Below are positions 50,061 to 63,149 of a stretch of 64,000 nucleotides of DNA, piece by piece (the stretch's first letter is position 1; each line of letters opens with the position of its first letter). The notes beneath the pieces are model-generated. The model was not told the DNA's origin. It did not search any database and worked only from the letters and a program-made list of their open reading frames with translations. This DNA is from Hypanus sabinus (lineage: Eukaryota), in contig NC_082717.1 of assembly GCF_030144855.1 (NCBI RefSeq), positions 4,464,001-4,528,000 of the forward strand, given 5' to 3'. The position numbers and the translations under genes are program-made.

Positions 50061-50839
50061 ATTCAAATTTTTGGAACAAGGTGACATCTAGTGTTCTGCA
50101 GTCATACAGGGCATGGAAGGCATGTGTCTTCCTTGGAGGACATTAGTCAACCAGGCTGCCATTATCGAAAAGTCGGTAACCTCCTGGTTTCTCTCATCGA
50201 GACAGGATTTCTCCCATTTGCTGATTTGCTTAATTACCTGAATTTAAATTTACTGCTGCTATGCTAGGATTTGAACCACTATCTCTAGACAGTTGCCTGG
50301 AACTCTGGCTGCCTGTCAGGTGTCTCAGCAACAATACAACAGTTCGTTCCTCTTTCCATTGCCTGAACAGCAGATCAGTTACTTGGATGTGTGAGTAGCA
50401 CACATAAAACTGGAGAAACTCAGCAGGCCAGGCAGAACCTATGTCCCTGCATCTAGAACCAGTTAAAGTGGGCAGTACAGTAGTGTGGCGTCGTACATGA
50501 TGGTGAACACCAATCACGCCTCAATTCCCACCTCTGCCTGGAAAGAGCTTGTACATTCTGCCCGTGGCCGTGTGGGTGTTCCGGTTTCCTCCCGCATTCC
50601 AAAAATGCACGGATTAGGGTTAATTTGTTGCGGGCAAGCTATGGTGGTGCCAGAAACCTAGATGGGCCTTGACAGAATGGACATGATGTTTCTTATAATG
50701 GGGCATTCTAAGACTGAAGGGCACAGCCTCAGAATCAAAGGATGTCCCTTTAGAACAGAGATGAAGAGGAATTTCTTTAGACAGAGGGTGGTGAATTCAT
50801 TCCCACAGATGGGTTCATTGAGATTGGACTCAGTACCCT

Positions 50840-51860
50840 ATCTGTAACCGGATCTGGCACTCCATTCAGTTTGAGTTGGCAGCAACATCTCAAGCTCCAT
50901 CATGCTGAGCACTAGTGACCCCTCCCTGCCCCCCCCCCCAGGACATACACTCAGCCCTTCGCTGTTCACACTCATGACTGCACTGCCAGATCCCGTTCAA
51001 TCCACACATCGAGTTTACTGATGGGACAACAGTCTCATCAGCAACAGTGATGAGTCAGCATAGAGACAGAAGGGAGAAAGGTTTGTCAAATGGTGAAAGA
51101 ACAACAGACCCGAGTCTCAATGTGGACAAGGCAAAAGAGATCATTGTGTACTTCAGAAATATGCAGGTAAACCACACTCCATTGCATATCAATAGCTTTG
51201 CCGTAGAGAGAGTGAAGAGCACGAAGTTCCTTGGTGTGCACATAATGGACAGTCTAACCTGGATTCATAACACCCCATTAGTTATGAAGACACAGCAACA
51301 TCTACACTTACTGAGGAGACTGAAGTGTGCAACACCCACACCCCCATTCTACAAACCTAGAGGAACAACATTGAGAGTGCCCTGGCTGTCCGCATAATTG
51401 TGTGGTACAGAGCTGCAAGACATTACAACACAGGACCCTACAGAAGATAGTGATCTCCCTCCTATTTGTGACATTTCAAGATTCAAGGTTAATATATTAT
51501 GAAAGTATGAAACTCTGAGATTTGTCTTCTCCAGATAGCTACAAAACAAAGAACATCACAAAGGTGTTAAAAGAAGAACATTAACCATACCCTCAACGCG
51601 CAAAAAAACAAATTGTGCAAACGGGAGTGAGAACTTCAAACTTCCCCCCACTGGCAAAACAGGGACATTTTGGACAAAGGGCCTGAACCATTGTTGAGGA
51701 TCCCTACCACTTAAAACTCACGATCTCTTTGACCCACTACCATCAGAAAGGAGGCCCAGAAGCATTAGGACCGGGATGGCCAGATTAGGTAACAGCTTCT
51801 TCCTTAGGCTGAGTCTAATGGATACCTTAAAAACATCGCAATCTCATCACTAGGACACTG
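50840..51860 (+). mobile_element. Rex1/Babar-like LINE fragments
   Basis: ORF 51047..51397 (LNVDKAKEIIVYFR...KFLGVHIMDSLTW). Confidence 0.65.
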
Positions 51861-52039
51861 AGCTGTTAACTGTTTGTGTGTTTTCACAAGCATTTTGAAT
51901 TATATTTTGTTAACTTCTTTGTTGCAATACTTTGTTAGTGTATGTGATAGATGTATTGATGGTGTACGGTGTTCCAGAGGAACGATGTTTCATTTGGTCG
52001 TATGTATGTGCAGGCAGGTGGGAATGAACTTGAACTTGA

Positions 52040-55000
52040 GAAACGTGGTCATAGAGTCAGAGAGACTTTTATTGGGAGGCATTGTGTCATTGCAGTTAGT
52101 GTAACACTTAACAGCACCTGACATTCTTCAGCCCATTTTTCCAGTTGATGCATATCCATCTGCAAGCTATGATAGCCTTCCTCACTGTCCACTACACACC
52201 AATCTTGGTGCCAGTTAACCACATTATCATCCTGAAAATTCAGATAGATGACAAACAGCAAAGGACCCAGCACCAATCCTTACTGCAGTCCATTTGTCAG
52301 AGCTCCTGTCAGAGAGGCAACCCTCTTCTACCACCCTTTGGCTTTCCAACAGAGCCAATGACTAATCCAATTTACTACCTTACCTTTAATGCTAAGCGAC
52401 TGAACCTTCTTTATCAACCTCCCATGTGGGACATTGTCAAATGCCTTGCTAAAGTCCATGTAGACAATATCCTCAGCCTTGCCTTAACTTTCCTGCTAAA
52501 TTCCTTGAAAAACTCTAAGATTAGTTAGATATGACCTGCCATGCACAAAGCTATGCTGACTATTCCTAATCAGTCCATGTCTTTTCAAATACTGATATAT
52601 CCAGTGTTTAGAATATCTTCCAAGACTTTCCCATAACTGATGTCAGACTCACTGGCTTTTAATTCCCTGATTTATATTTAGAGCCTTGTTTAAACAACGG
52701 AACAACATTGGCTATCCTCCAATTCTCTGGTACCTCCCATCCCTAAGAATGTTTTAAATATCTCTGTCAGGGCAGGGCAATTTCTGTACTTGTGTCTCAT
52801 AGGGTTCAGGGGAACACCTTTTCAGGCCCTGGGGATTTATCCACCCTGATTTGCCTCAGGGTAGCAAACACCTTCTCCTCTGTAATTTGTACAGGGCCTA
52901 TGAAGTTGATGCCCCTTTGCCTTACTTCTATGGACTTGCGATCTTTCTCCTGAGTAAACACAGATGTAAATAATTTAAGATCTTCCCCCATCTGTTTTGG
53001 CTCCACCCATGGATTACCATTCTGGTCTTCCAGAGGACAATTTTGTCCCTTGCAATCCTTTTGCTCTTAACATACCTGTAGATTCCCTTAGAATTCTCCT
53101 TTTCCTTGTCTGCCAGAACAACTCAAACCCTTCTTTTAGTCCTCCTGATTTCTTTCTTGTTTACCCTTGCATTTCTTGTCCTCCATAAGCACCTCATTGT
53201 CTCTGGTTGCCTATACCTACTACCTCCTTTTCTCTCTTAATCAGGACTTCAATATCTCTTGAAAACCAAGGCTCCCTACACTTGTTATCTTTACCTTTTA
53301 TGATGATAGATGTAACAAAACATTTTACTCTCTAAATTTCATCCTTGAAGGTCAACCCCCCCCCCCTTTATTTTACAAGTATATCTTTGCTTATCTTCTG
53401 TAAGCGAGGCCTTGGGCCTTCTCTAGGGTTCAGATCTGAGGATTCAATTTGGTTCAGAAAGCTGTGGTTCACTTCAATTGTTTGCATCTTTTGTGCTTTT
53501 TCCTCTTGTCCATCAGGTGTTCATCTTGTATTTGTCTTTCTTTAATTGGGTTCTTTCAAATTTCCTGCTTTGTGGCTACATTTAAGCAGACAAATCTCAA
53601 GGCTGCATAATTTATAGTCTTTAATGATAAATGTCCTTTGAACTTTTGCACTTTGCAGAAGACAGTCTGTTCCAATCCACACTTCAGAATTCACCTTTCT
53701 CCAATTTAGAATCTCAACCTGTCGGCCAGACCTATGATTTTGCATATTTACTTTGAAACTTATGGCATTGTGGTCACTGGATGCAAAGAGTTCCCCTACA
53801 CAAATTTGTCACATGCCTTGTCTTATTCTCTAATACCAGATCCAGATTTGTCCCACTGCAGTTTTGGTGCAAACCATTCCTTCTCTACAGGTTCCTGGAG
53901 GAGAGCCCAATGATCCAAAAATCTTATTCCCTCCCAACCTACACTAACTCCTCAGCCACGTATTAACTTGTACAATCTTCCATGCTCTGGCCTTACCAGC
54001 ATGTGGCTTGGGTTACAATCCTTGGGCGTAACTACCTCTCTGTATGTCCTATCTCTCACCCTGCCTCAGCCTCCCGATTGTTCCCGAGTTTATCGAGTTC
54101 CAGCTCCAGTTCCTAAGCACGGATTGTAAGAAGCTGCAGTTGAATGAAATTCTCGCATTTGAAGACAGGGTGGTCTCCCTGTCTTCCCACTTCCCGCACG
54201 AGGAACAGTCAACAATCCTGCCTGGCATCTCAAATTTCCTAACTGAGCAAATACAAAAAAAGAAAGGGAAAAAAAAACTTTACCTCGAGCTTTAAGTTGT
54301 AAGATTTCTCTGACTGAAGCCTGAAAGAGCTAAAGCCTTAAGATCACCACTCTAACTCTGTCTTCTCAGGTGAAGGCTGCTGTGCTTGCCCCTGCCTTCC
54401 TTTAATGTGCTCTTGCTAAACTCTAGTTTAAATCCCACCATGCAGCAACAACAAATCATCCCACTAGGATATTTGTCCCCCTCCAGTTTTGGTGCAAACC
54501 TTCTTTCTGTACAGATCCCACCTTCCCTAGAAGAGAGTTTAGTGATCCAAAAATCTTACACCCTCCTTCCTACACTAACTCCTTATCCATGTATTAAACT
54601 GTATAATCTTCCTAGTTCTGGCCTCACTAGCATGTGTCATGGGTAGCATTTCTGAGAACAACTCTGGAGGTCCCTTTAACTTAGCACCTAGCTCCATGAA
54701 TTGCCTGTGCAGAACCTCATCACTTGTCTGACCCATGTCACTGGTACCTATATGAACCTTGATTTCTAGCCTGTCACCTTTCCACTTAAGAATGCTAAGG
54801 ACTCGATTGGAGATATTCCAGACCCTGGCACCCAGGAGGTAACATACCACCCAGGAATCTTCCACAGAATGTCCTGTCTGTTCCCCTTACTAATGAATCC
54901 CCTATCACCACAGTGTGCCTCTTCTTCCCCTTCCCTTCTGAGTCAATGCTGATCACTGTGACTTTGTTCTGATCGGTCATTCCCCCTGACAGTATCCAAA

Positions 55001-56900
55001 GTGATACAAGACCATAAGAACATACAATATTGGAGAAGAATTCAGCCTTTTGGCTCATCCAGACTGCTCTGCCATTTCATCATGGCTGATCTAATTTTCC
55101 TCTCAGGCTCAATCTATGTATCCCTTCACTCCCTGACCAGTCAAGAATCTATCACCCTCTACCTTAAATATACATAAAGATGGCCAGCGCTGCTGCCTGT
55201 GGCAAAGATTCCACAAATTCACAACTCTCTGGCTAAAGAAATTCCTCCTCATCTCCATTCTAAAAGGACAGTCCTCTATTCTGAGACTGTGTCCTCTGGT
55301 CTTAGACTCTCCCACTATTGGAATCATCCACTCGATTAAGACCTGCAACACACACAAAATGCTGGTGGAACACAACAAGCCAGGCAGCATCTATAGGGAG
55401 AATCGCTGTCGACGTTTCGGGCCGAGACCCTACGTCGTCTCCCTATAGATGCTGCCTGGCCTGCTGTGTTCCACAAGCATTTTGTGTGTGTTGTTGTTTG
55501 AATTTCCAGCATCTGCAGATTTCTTTGTGTTTGCTATTAAGACCTATCACCATTTGATAGGTTTCAGTTAGGTTACCCCATATTTTTCAGATTTTTTATG
55601 AAAACAGGTCAAGCGACATCTAACGTTCTTCATATGACAAGCTTTTCAATCCTGGAATAATTTCTGTGAGCCTCCTTTGAACACTCTCCAGTTTCAGCAC
55701 ACCCTTTATAAGATAAGTGGCCAAAAACTGCTCACAATCATCCAAATGAGGCCTCAATCAGTACTTTATAAAGTCTCATCATTACATCCTTGTTCTTATA
55801 TTCTAGTCGTCTTGAAATGAATGCTAACATCCCATTTGCCTTCCTCACCACAGACTCAATCTGCATATTAATCCTTAGAGAACCCTGCACAAGGACTCCC
55901 AAGTCCCTTTGCACCTCAGTTTTTTGTATTTTCTGTCCATTCTTCCACCAAAGTGCATGACCATACAGTTCCCGACACTATATGTCAGCTGCCACATCCT
56001 TGCCCATTCTCCTAACTGTCCAAATCCTTCTGTGGCTTCTGTACTTGCTCAAGTCTATGTGCCCCTCCATGCATCATCATATCATCTGCAAACTTTGTAA
56101 CAAACCATCAATTCCATCATCCAACGCATTGACATATAATGTAAAAAGAATTGGATCCAAAACAAACCCCTATGGAGCACCACTAGTCACAGGCAGCCAA
56201 CCAGTAAAGCTGAGGCAGAGTGAGACTTTATAGAGAGTTTATTCCCACTCTTTGCCTCCTGCCAATAACCCACTGCTTTATCCATTCTAGAATCTTTCCT
56301 ATAATATCATGGGCTCATAGGTTGTTAAACAGCCTCATGAGTGGCACCTTGTCAAAGGCCTTCTGAAAATCCATGTACACAACATCAACCAATTCTCCTT
56401 AGTCTATCCTACTTGTCATTTTTCTTCACATACCTGTTGTTCAGAGGCATGGCCACAGGGCTGTTAACCCCTTTCCTCTCCCTGACTCTCATCCAGTCTC
56501 CTGTGTCCTGGACCTTGGGTGTCACTACCTCTCTCTATGTCCTATCTCTCAGCCTGCCTTAGCCTCACAAATGATCCAGTTCCAGCTCCAGCTCCAGCTC
56601 CTTAACATGGATTGTCAGAAGCTGGATGCAATTCCCACAGCTGTAGCCTTCAGGGACGTGGGTGGTCTCCCTGTCTTCCCACACCTCTCAAGAGAAACAT
56701 TGAACTATTCTGCCTGGCATCTCAACTGTCCTAACTGAGCAGATACAAAAATGGAAGACAAAAAAAACTTCACCTCGAACTTTTCTTTTCTTGCTTTCTC
56801 TGACTGAATCTCGAAGATCTAAAACCTCAAGATCACCACTCTAACTGTCTTCTCAGATGATGGCTGATGTGCTTGACCCTGCCTTCCTTTAACTTGCTCT
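52040..56900 (-). mobile_element. Series of decayed CR1 fragments (RT, linker, ORF1)
   Basis: ORFs 52049..52276, 52806..53006, 54575..55058 (ORF1 esterase GDSLVRG, GTSD) and 55109..55390. Confidence 0.75.
55346..55493. repeat. Palindromic dispersed repeat: 55-bp arms (52/55 identical), 38-nt loop; possibly Penelope-like derived
   Basis: caacacacacaaaatgctggtggaacac...ctatagggag / ctccctatag...cattttgtgtgtgttg. Half-copies occur at about 6.3k, 31.9k, 37.4k and 61.5k. The family assignment is inference. Confidence 0.75.
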
Positions 56901-57379
56901 TGCTAATCAATCCCAACGTGGCTAGGTTGCAGGTCAGAGCTCAATTATACCTCCACGATCTGATGCTAACTTTTCCTATTCGTCCATTTTATAAAGCAGT
57001 ATGTTTCGGTGTTTTGATGTACATGTGACAAATAAAGCCAATCTTTGGTGAGCACTCCAGCACAGAAACAGGTTGTTCTTCTGCCTAGACCCATCTACCT
57101 GCACTTGAACCTTAACCCTCCACACCCCTCTCATCCACATACTTGTCCAAACTTCTACAAATCTACCCCTGGCAGCTCATTCCCCACTTAAAATTGTCCT
57201 AAAATTTATGGCCAATCCCTGGTAGGAACAGGACACTCAGCCCCTGAATGTCGAAGTTGAATTTATTGTCATTTGTACAAGTATGTTCATGAAAGAACAC
57301 AATTCAAACAAGAAAGTTCCATTGCAGTGCAAAGTGATCAATGTTACCATTGGAATCATCTCAGTTAAAAGCCCTGAAA

Positions 57380-58200
57380 CTTCGAAATGTTGCAGGCAGC
57401 AAGTCTGACTGTGTTAGTAACTTCAAGCCCCATGTCCTGCAACGAGAGGAGGCGGAAACTGGAGATATCAGCTTCAGGAGGAAACCGGAGGTCCATGAGC
57501 CAGTCCTCACTGGGAGATCAGAGGTGGAAAGGGTCAGCAACTTGAAATTCCTCAGTGTTAGCATATCAGAGGATCTGCCCTGGACCAGGCACACAAGGGC
57601 AGTTATGATGAAAGCATGCAGTATCTCTGCTTCCTTAGAACTTTGGGAACATTCCATATTAGATCCAAAACTTTGACAGACTTCTGTAGGTGTGTAGTGG
57701 AGAATATATCAATTGGTGTCATTACAGGCTGGTATGAAAAAACCAATGCCCTCGAATAAAGAAATCCTAAAAAAGGTACTGGATACAGCCCAGTCCATGA
57801 CAGGTAAAGCCTTCTCCACCATTGAACACATCTACATGAAATGCTGTTGTGGGAAAGCAGCATCCACCATCAGGGATCCCCACCACTGAGGACATCCACT
57901 CTTCTCTCTGATGACATCAAGAAAAAGGACAGGAGCCTCAGCACCCATGCTACCAGGTTCAAAGTTCAGAAACAGTTATTATCCCACAGCCAGCAGACTT
58001 CTGAGCCAGAGGGGATAACTTTACTCAACTTCACCTGTCCAAACACAGACCTGGTCCCAAAACTCACTGACTCACTTTCAAGGACTCTTAATCTTATTGC
58101 TCAATTATTAATGAATATCATTTCTTTTTTTCAAGAAAATGAATCTCAGAGTAGTATACGTTGACATACATGTACTTTGATAATAAATTTACTTCCAATG
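57380..58200 (+). mobile_element. Rex1/Babar-like LINE 3' fragment
   Basis: ORF 57341..57676 (VERVSNLKFLSVSISEDLPWT) plus the downstream C-terminal and 3' UTR sequence. Confidence 0.7.
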
Positions 58201-58436
58201 CTGCATCTAAAATTCCTCAATGCTTGCCCAGTATGGAGTGAGGCAAAATCTGTCATCAAAGATCCCCCAAACTATAATAACGTTGTGATAACCACTACAT
58301 GACTGTGGCACCTTTTTTTTTTACTATTCTTGGGTTAATTAAAAAAGCCATTCCAGGTGAGACATCCTCTCCTTTCCCCAGGCATGGACAGGAGTTGCCA
58401 TGAACCCTGCTTACTCACCTCCCTTCTGCTTAGCAG

Positions 58437-58597
58437 TGGACCCATGCGAGCGTACATCCTGGCCCAGCATGACGCAGTGACCCGCTGGCGGCAGCTGATG
58501 GGGCCCACCCGGGTATTCCGAGCCCGCTTCTCTGCACCATACTCCATCCGTGGCCACTTGGGGCTGGCGGACACCAGAAACACCACACACGGCTCAG
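58437..58597 (+). CDS. NME6: Nucleoside diphosphate kinase 6 internal exon containing the catalytic His
   Basis: GPMRAYILAQHDAVTRWRQLMGPTRVFRARFSAPYSIRGHLGLADTRNTTHGS matches vertebrate NME6 as I recall it. Acceptor cccttctgcttagcag| (NAGNAG) and donor G|gtgagg. No other NME6 exon recognised in the window. Confidence 0.9.
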
Positions 58598-59149
58598 GTG
58601 AGGTACCCCGTCGTGGGATTCCTTTGAACACAGCCTCGCTGGGTATAACAGACAACCATTAACAGGACTGAGCCACTGAGCCACTCCCAAATTCATTCAA
58701 ATTTAAATTCATTGACAAACCAGGTAGGACTTGCATGGAGTGGTAGAGTACTGATAAGTGTGGTAGAACAGGGCGATCTGGGAATGCAGATACATCTATA
58801 ATTCCTTGAAAGTGGTATTACGGGTAGGTAGGATAGTAAAGCTGTAAATTTTACTGGAGCTGTTGGGAAAGGTTTAACATCTTCTTCTGCTGTCCATCAA
58901 TTTAGATGTTGACTAAGCCCTGGGCAAGGTTGTATGGAAGACCAGCAGTTGCCCATACTGCAAGTCTCCCCTCTCCACGCCTCCAATGTTGTCCAAGGGA
59001 AGGGCACTAGGCTGATATAGCCTGGCATTGGTGTTGTTGCAGAGCAATGTTTGGTTAAGTGCCTTGATCAAGGACACAGCACGCTGCCTCAGCTGAGGCT
59101 TGAACTAGCGATCTTCAGATCACTAGACCAATGGTTTAACCACTTAGTC

Positions 59150-60830
59150 ACACACCAACACGTTAATAAAATATGGTTCAATATAATATGGCAGGGAGAT
59201 GGGAACCAGTCTGATAGAGCTGAGGATGAGCCAACCAGTTTACAAGTAGATGATGGATGTAACATGAATGTAAGGAAGGACAAGCCAATGACTGGGTACA
59301 AATGCAGACAGAGCAAAGAGTTAAATTGTACCACAGAGGCAAAATTCAAAAGGGGAAAGAATGCAGGACTGAAGGTGTTGTATTCAAATATGCATAGTAT
59401 TCGAAATAAGATGGACAAACTCGTGGTGCAATTAGGGATTGGTCAGTATGACACTATGGGTATCACTGAGTCATGGCTGAAAGAAGACCATATTTGGGAA
59501 CTTAGCATCAAAGGATATACTTTGTATCAAAAGGACAGGCAGGAAGTTATAGGTGGTGGTGTGGCTCTGTTGTTAAGAGATGGAATTACATCTTTAAAAA
59601 GAGGTGACAGACAGTCTGAGAATGTTGAATCTTTGTGGGTAGAGTTAAGAAATTGCAATGGTAAAAAAAATAATGGAAATCATATACAGGCCTCCCAATA
59701 GTAGCCAAAATGTGGGGTTGAGCTTGCAAAGGAAGCTGGAAAAGGCATGTAATAAGGGTAACGACATAATTGTAATGGGGGGCTTCAATATGCAAGGGGA
59801 TTGGGAAAATCAGGTTGGTGTCAAATCGCAAGAGGGAGAATATGTTGAGTGCCTATGAGATGGCTTTTTAAAGCAGCTTGTTCATGAGTCTACTCAGGGA
59901 AAGGGTATCTTTGTTATGGTGTTGTGTAATAACCCAGATCTTATTGGAGAGTTTAACATAAAGGAATCCTAAGGACGCAGTGATCATGAGTGAATTCATC
60001 CTGCAGTTTGAGAGGGAGAAGCACAAGTCAAAGGTATCAGTATCACAATGGAACAAAGGGAATTACAGAGGCATGAGAGAGAGAGAGGAGCTTGCCCAGG
60101 TGCATTGGAGGAGGATACTGATGTGTATGATGGCAAAGCAGTGATGGCTGAAAATTTTGGGAATTGTCCACGAGGCACAGGATAGATATGTCCCATAGAG
60201 GAAAAAAATTCTAAATTGGCCAAGGTAGTCAACCATGGCTGACGAAGTTAAGGACTATGAAAAGTCAAGGAAAGGGCATATAAGGTAGCAAAAGTGAGTG
60301 GGAAGTTAAATCCAACAAAAGGCAACTAAAAAGCTATAAGATGGGAAAAGATGAAATGTAAGGGCCTACTAGCCAATAATATAAAGAAGGATACCAAAAG
60401 ATTTTTTTTCAGTTATATAAAGAGTAAAAGGAAGGTGAGAGTTGATATTGGACCACAGGAAAATGATGCTGGTGAGGTAGTAATGAGAAACATAGAAGTG
60501 GCAGATGAACTTAATGAGTACTTTTTACTTTACTTCACTGTGGAAGACACTAGCAGTGTGCTGGAGGTCTGTGAGTGTCAGGAAGCAGGAGTGAGTGCCA
60601 TTGCTATTACAAAGGAAAAAGTGCTAGGCCAACTCAAAAGTCTTAAGATGGACAAGTTACCTGGACTAGATGGACAACATCCCAGAGTCCTGAGCGAGGT
60701 TGCTGAAGAGATAACGGATACATTGGTCATGATCCTTCAAGAATCACTTGATTCTGGCATGGTCCCAGAGGACTGGAAGATAGCAAAAGTCACTCCACTC
60801 TTTAAGAAGGGAGGAAAACAAAAAAGAAAT
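59150..60830 (+). mobile_element. CR1 ORF2 fragments (endonuclease and linker)
   Basis: ORFs 59051..59701 (GITESWL, GGGVALL), 59658..59858 and 60351..60872. Confidence 0.85.
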
Positions 60831-61054
60831 ATCTGGAACAGTTGGGTTGAAGGGCCATTTCTGTCTGTATGACTATGGATTGAAGTGTGAGGTGTGGCAC
60901 TTCTTGAGACAAAATGTAAAAGGGAGAGTGAACAGTTACTGCCAGAACCATTAACAGTGTTGCCATACAGAGGGTTCTGACAGTTCAAATCCATCGCTCC
61001 TTACACAGGTTGCTAGGGTGGCTAGGAAGGGTAAAGCATGCTTGTATTTATTAG

Positions 61055-61400
61055 AAACATAGAAAACCTACAGCACAATACAGGCCCTTTGGCCCACAAA
61101 ATTGTGCAGAACATGTCCCTACTTTAGAAATTACAGGGCTTACCAATAGCCCTCTATTTTTCTGAGCTCTATATACCTATCCAAAAGTCTCTGAAAAGTC
61201 CCTATTGTATCCGCCTCCACCGCTGTTACTGGCAGCCCATTCCACGCACTCACCACTCTCTGAGTGAAAAACTTACCCCTGACTACTCCTCTGTACGTGC
61301 TCCTCAGCACCTTAAACCTGTGTCCTCTTGTGGCAACCATTTCAGCCCTGGGAAATAGCCTCTGACTATCCACACGATCAATGCCTCTTATCATCTTAGT
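61055..61400 (-). mobile_element. CR1 3' end fragment
   Basis: ORF 61140..61472 (RGIDRVDSQRLFPR) and the gaaacatagaaaacc tail. Confidence 0.8.
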
Positions 61401-62363
61401 CAGGGCACTGAGTTCATAGGTCAGTAAGTTATGCAGAGACTGACAAGGTTCTGCAGAACTTTCAAGCCACACACACGATGCTGGAGGAACTCAGCAGGGA
61501 AGCAGCATCAGGGGGTGGAAGTGAACGGTCGGTGTTTCAAACTGAGACTCTTCATCAGGACTGGAGAAGAAGAGGACAGAAGCCAGAACAAAAGGGTATG
61601 GGAAGAGGGGAGAAAAGGAGCTGGCAGGTGGGGGTAGGGGAGAAGGAGAACGATGTGAAAATCTGGGAGGTGATTGGTGGAAGAGACAAAGAGCTGAACG
61701 AGATGAAATGTGATGGGAGATATTAAATGGAGGGAGGTGGGAAATAAGAGAGAGACTTGCCCATTAACAATAGTGGTGTTTAACAGAATCATAGAGAAGT
61801 CATACAGGTGTGCAGAGATTGGGGGGGAGGGGAGAGGGCCATTGTGCAGCCAGAAGGGATTTGATTAGTGAGGTGTCTGATTACTACTGGTTTAAATCAG
61901 CATGTCATGGGTCGACCCTGTTCTCTGGATCGGTGACTACACTGGATGCAGATCGGTGAGCATATTTCACAATGGGAAAAGATACGAGATAGCCTGAAAG
62001 TAATTATTCTTGCTGAGTACCAGCTGTGGGATGGGCGATAGGTTGTTCAGTGATTGTGTTTTGCAGGAGAGGAAAATAGCCACTGGCACAGAAGTTGAGT
62101 TGAGACCTGGCTGAGGGGACATAAGGAAATTCTTGCACCAGAGGGTGGTGAATCTGTGGAATTCATTGCCACAGACAGCTGTGGAGGTCAGGTTACTGGG
62201 GTGGGTATACTTAAAGCTTATGGTACAGATCATTCATGGGCCTGTGAATGTGGGTAGGATTGGAGGGGCCGAGTGGTCTGCACTACTTGTGCTGTCATGT
62301 TTCACACCAAGGTCATGAACTAACAGAGGTAAGCAGACACTGTGATCTTTTGCAAAGAAAAAC

Positions 62364-62741
62364 TTTATTTGCAGGTCCTATCTTTTACACCCAGCTAGCT
62401 TTTTCACTCAGCTCCATCACTGGTGCTAAGGGTTGACTTCCTTCCTATCCTTGATGATTAAGTTCCAATCACAAGGAGGCTGGTCTCTATGCTTTCAAAA
62501 AGCTCAGTCCCCTTGTCAAGGTTATATCCCTGCCCAATGCTTGGTCCATTTGAAAATCTTGCCGAAAATTGTTTTCATATTAATCGTCATAATCAATTAT
62601 TTCGTTCTCAGTTCCTCTCTTCCCCTTCTTTTTTTTCTTCTTTTTTTGCTTCTCTTCATCCAGTGGTCTTCCTCAGAGGAAATATTCCAACACATATTCC
62701 CTTTTCCGACTGGGGTTGGGAACGCAGCCTTCAACACATAC
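62364..62741 (-). other. Probable terminal exon and 3' UTR of an unidentified minus-strand gene
   Basis: Acceptor ttctttcatttgtccacag|G at 62741. Phase-0 frame VCVEGCVPNPSRKREYVLEYFL*(62673), with the frame staying open to 62580. Phase-2 frame open to 62597. Minus-strand AATAAA at 62369-62364. Confidence 0.35.
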
Positions 62742-63149
62742 CTGTGGACAAATGAAAGAAAGATCACTTTCAACCCTGTAGTGTCCATTGCATTCACAGC
62801 AAACTTTTAGGAAGAAAACTTGATAATGGACAAGGGAGATATCTAGAGAGCAATCCCAACAGAAAGTAGGGAGCGGGGTGGAGGGAGGAACTAAAAGTGT
62901 GCTTGTGATGATGGTGGAAGTGACAAAGAATGAAGTTCTGGATATGGTTGCATGGGCTGTTTGGTATGGACAAAAGGAATCTGTTATGATGATGTGAGTG
63001 CACAGTTTAAGTGAGAGGTGTATCGAAATTGGTTGACACATATACGTAGATACAGTGAAAAGCTTCTCTTGCAAAATGTTCATATAGATCAGATCATTAC
63101 GCAGTGTAATGAGGCACTGGATGTTGACTGCATCCACTTCAGCAAGACA

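Noticed and set aside
32905-62343. Isolated CACAGTG/CACTGTG heptamers (about 32905, 35815, 41790, 62337) as recombination signals
   Set aside because: None has an ACAAAAACC-like nonamer at 12 or 23 bp, and none adjoins a V or J segment.
62664-62810. Plus-strand exon after the polypyrimidine tract as the last NME6 exon
   Set aside because: No frame resembles the NME6 C-terminus (SA.REIA.FFP). The pyrimidine tract is better explained as the complement of the minus-strand Lys-rich segment.
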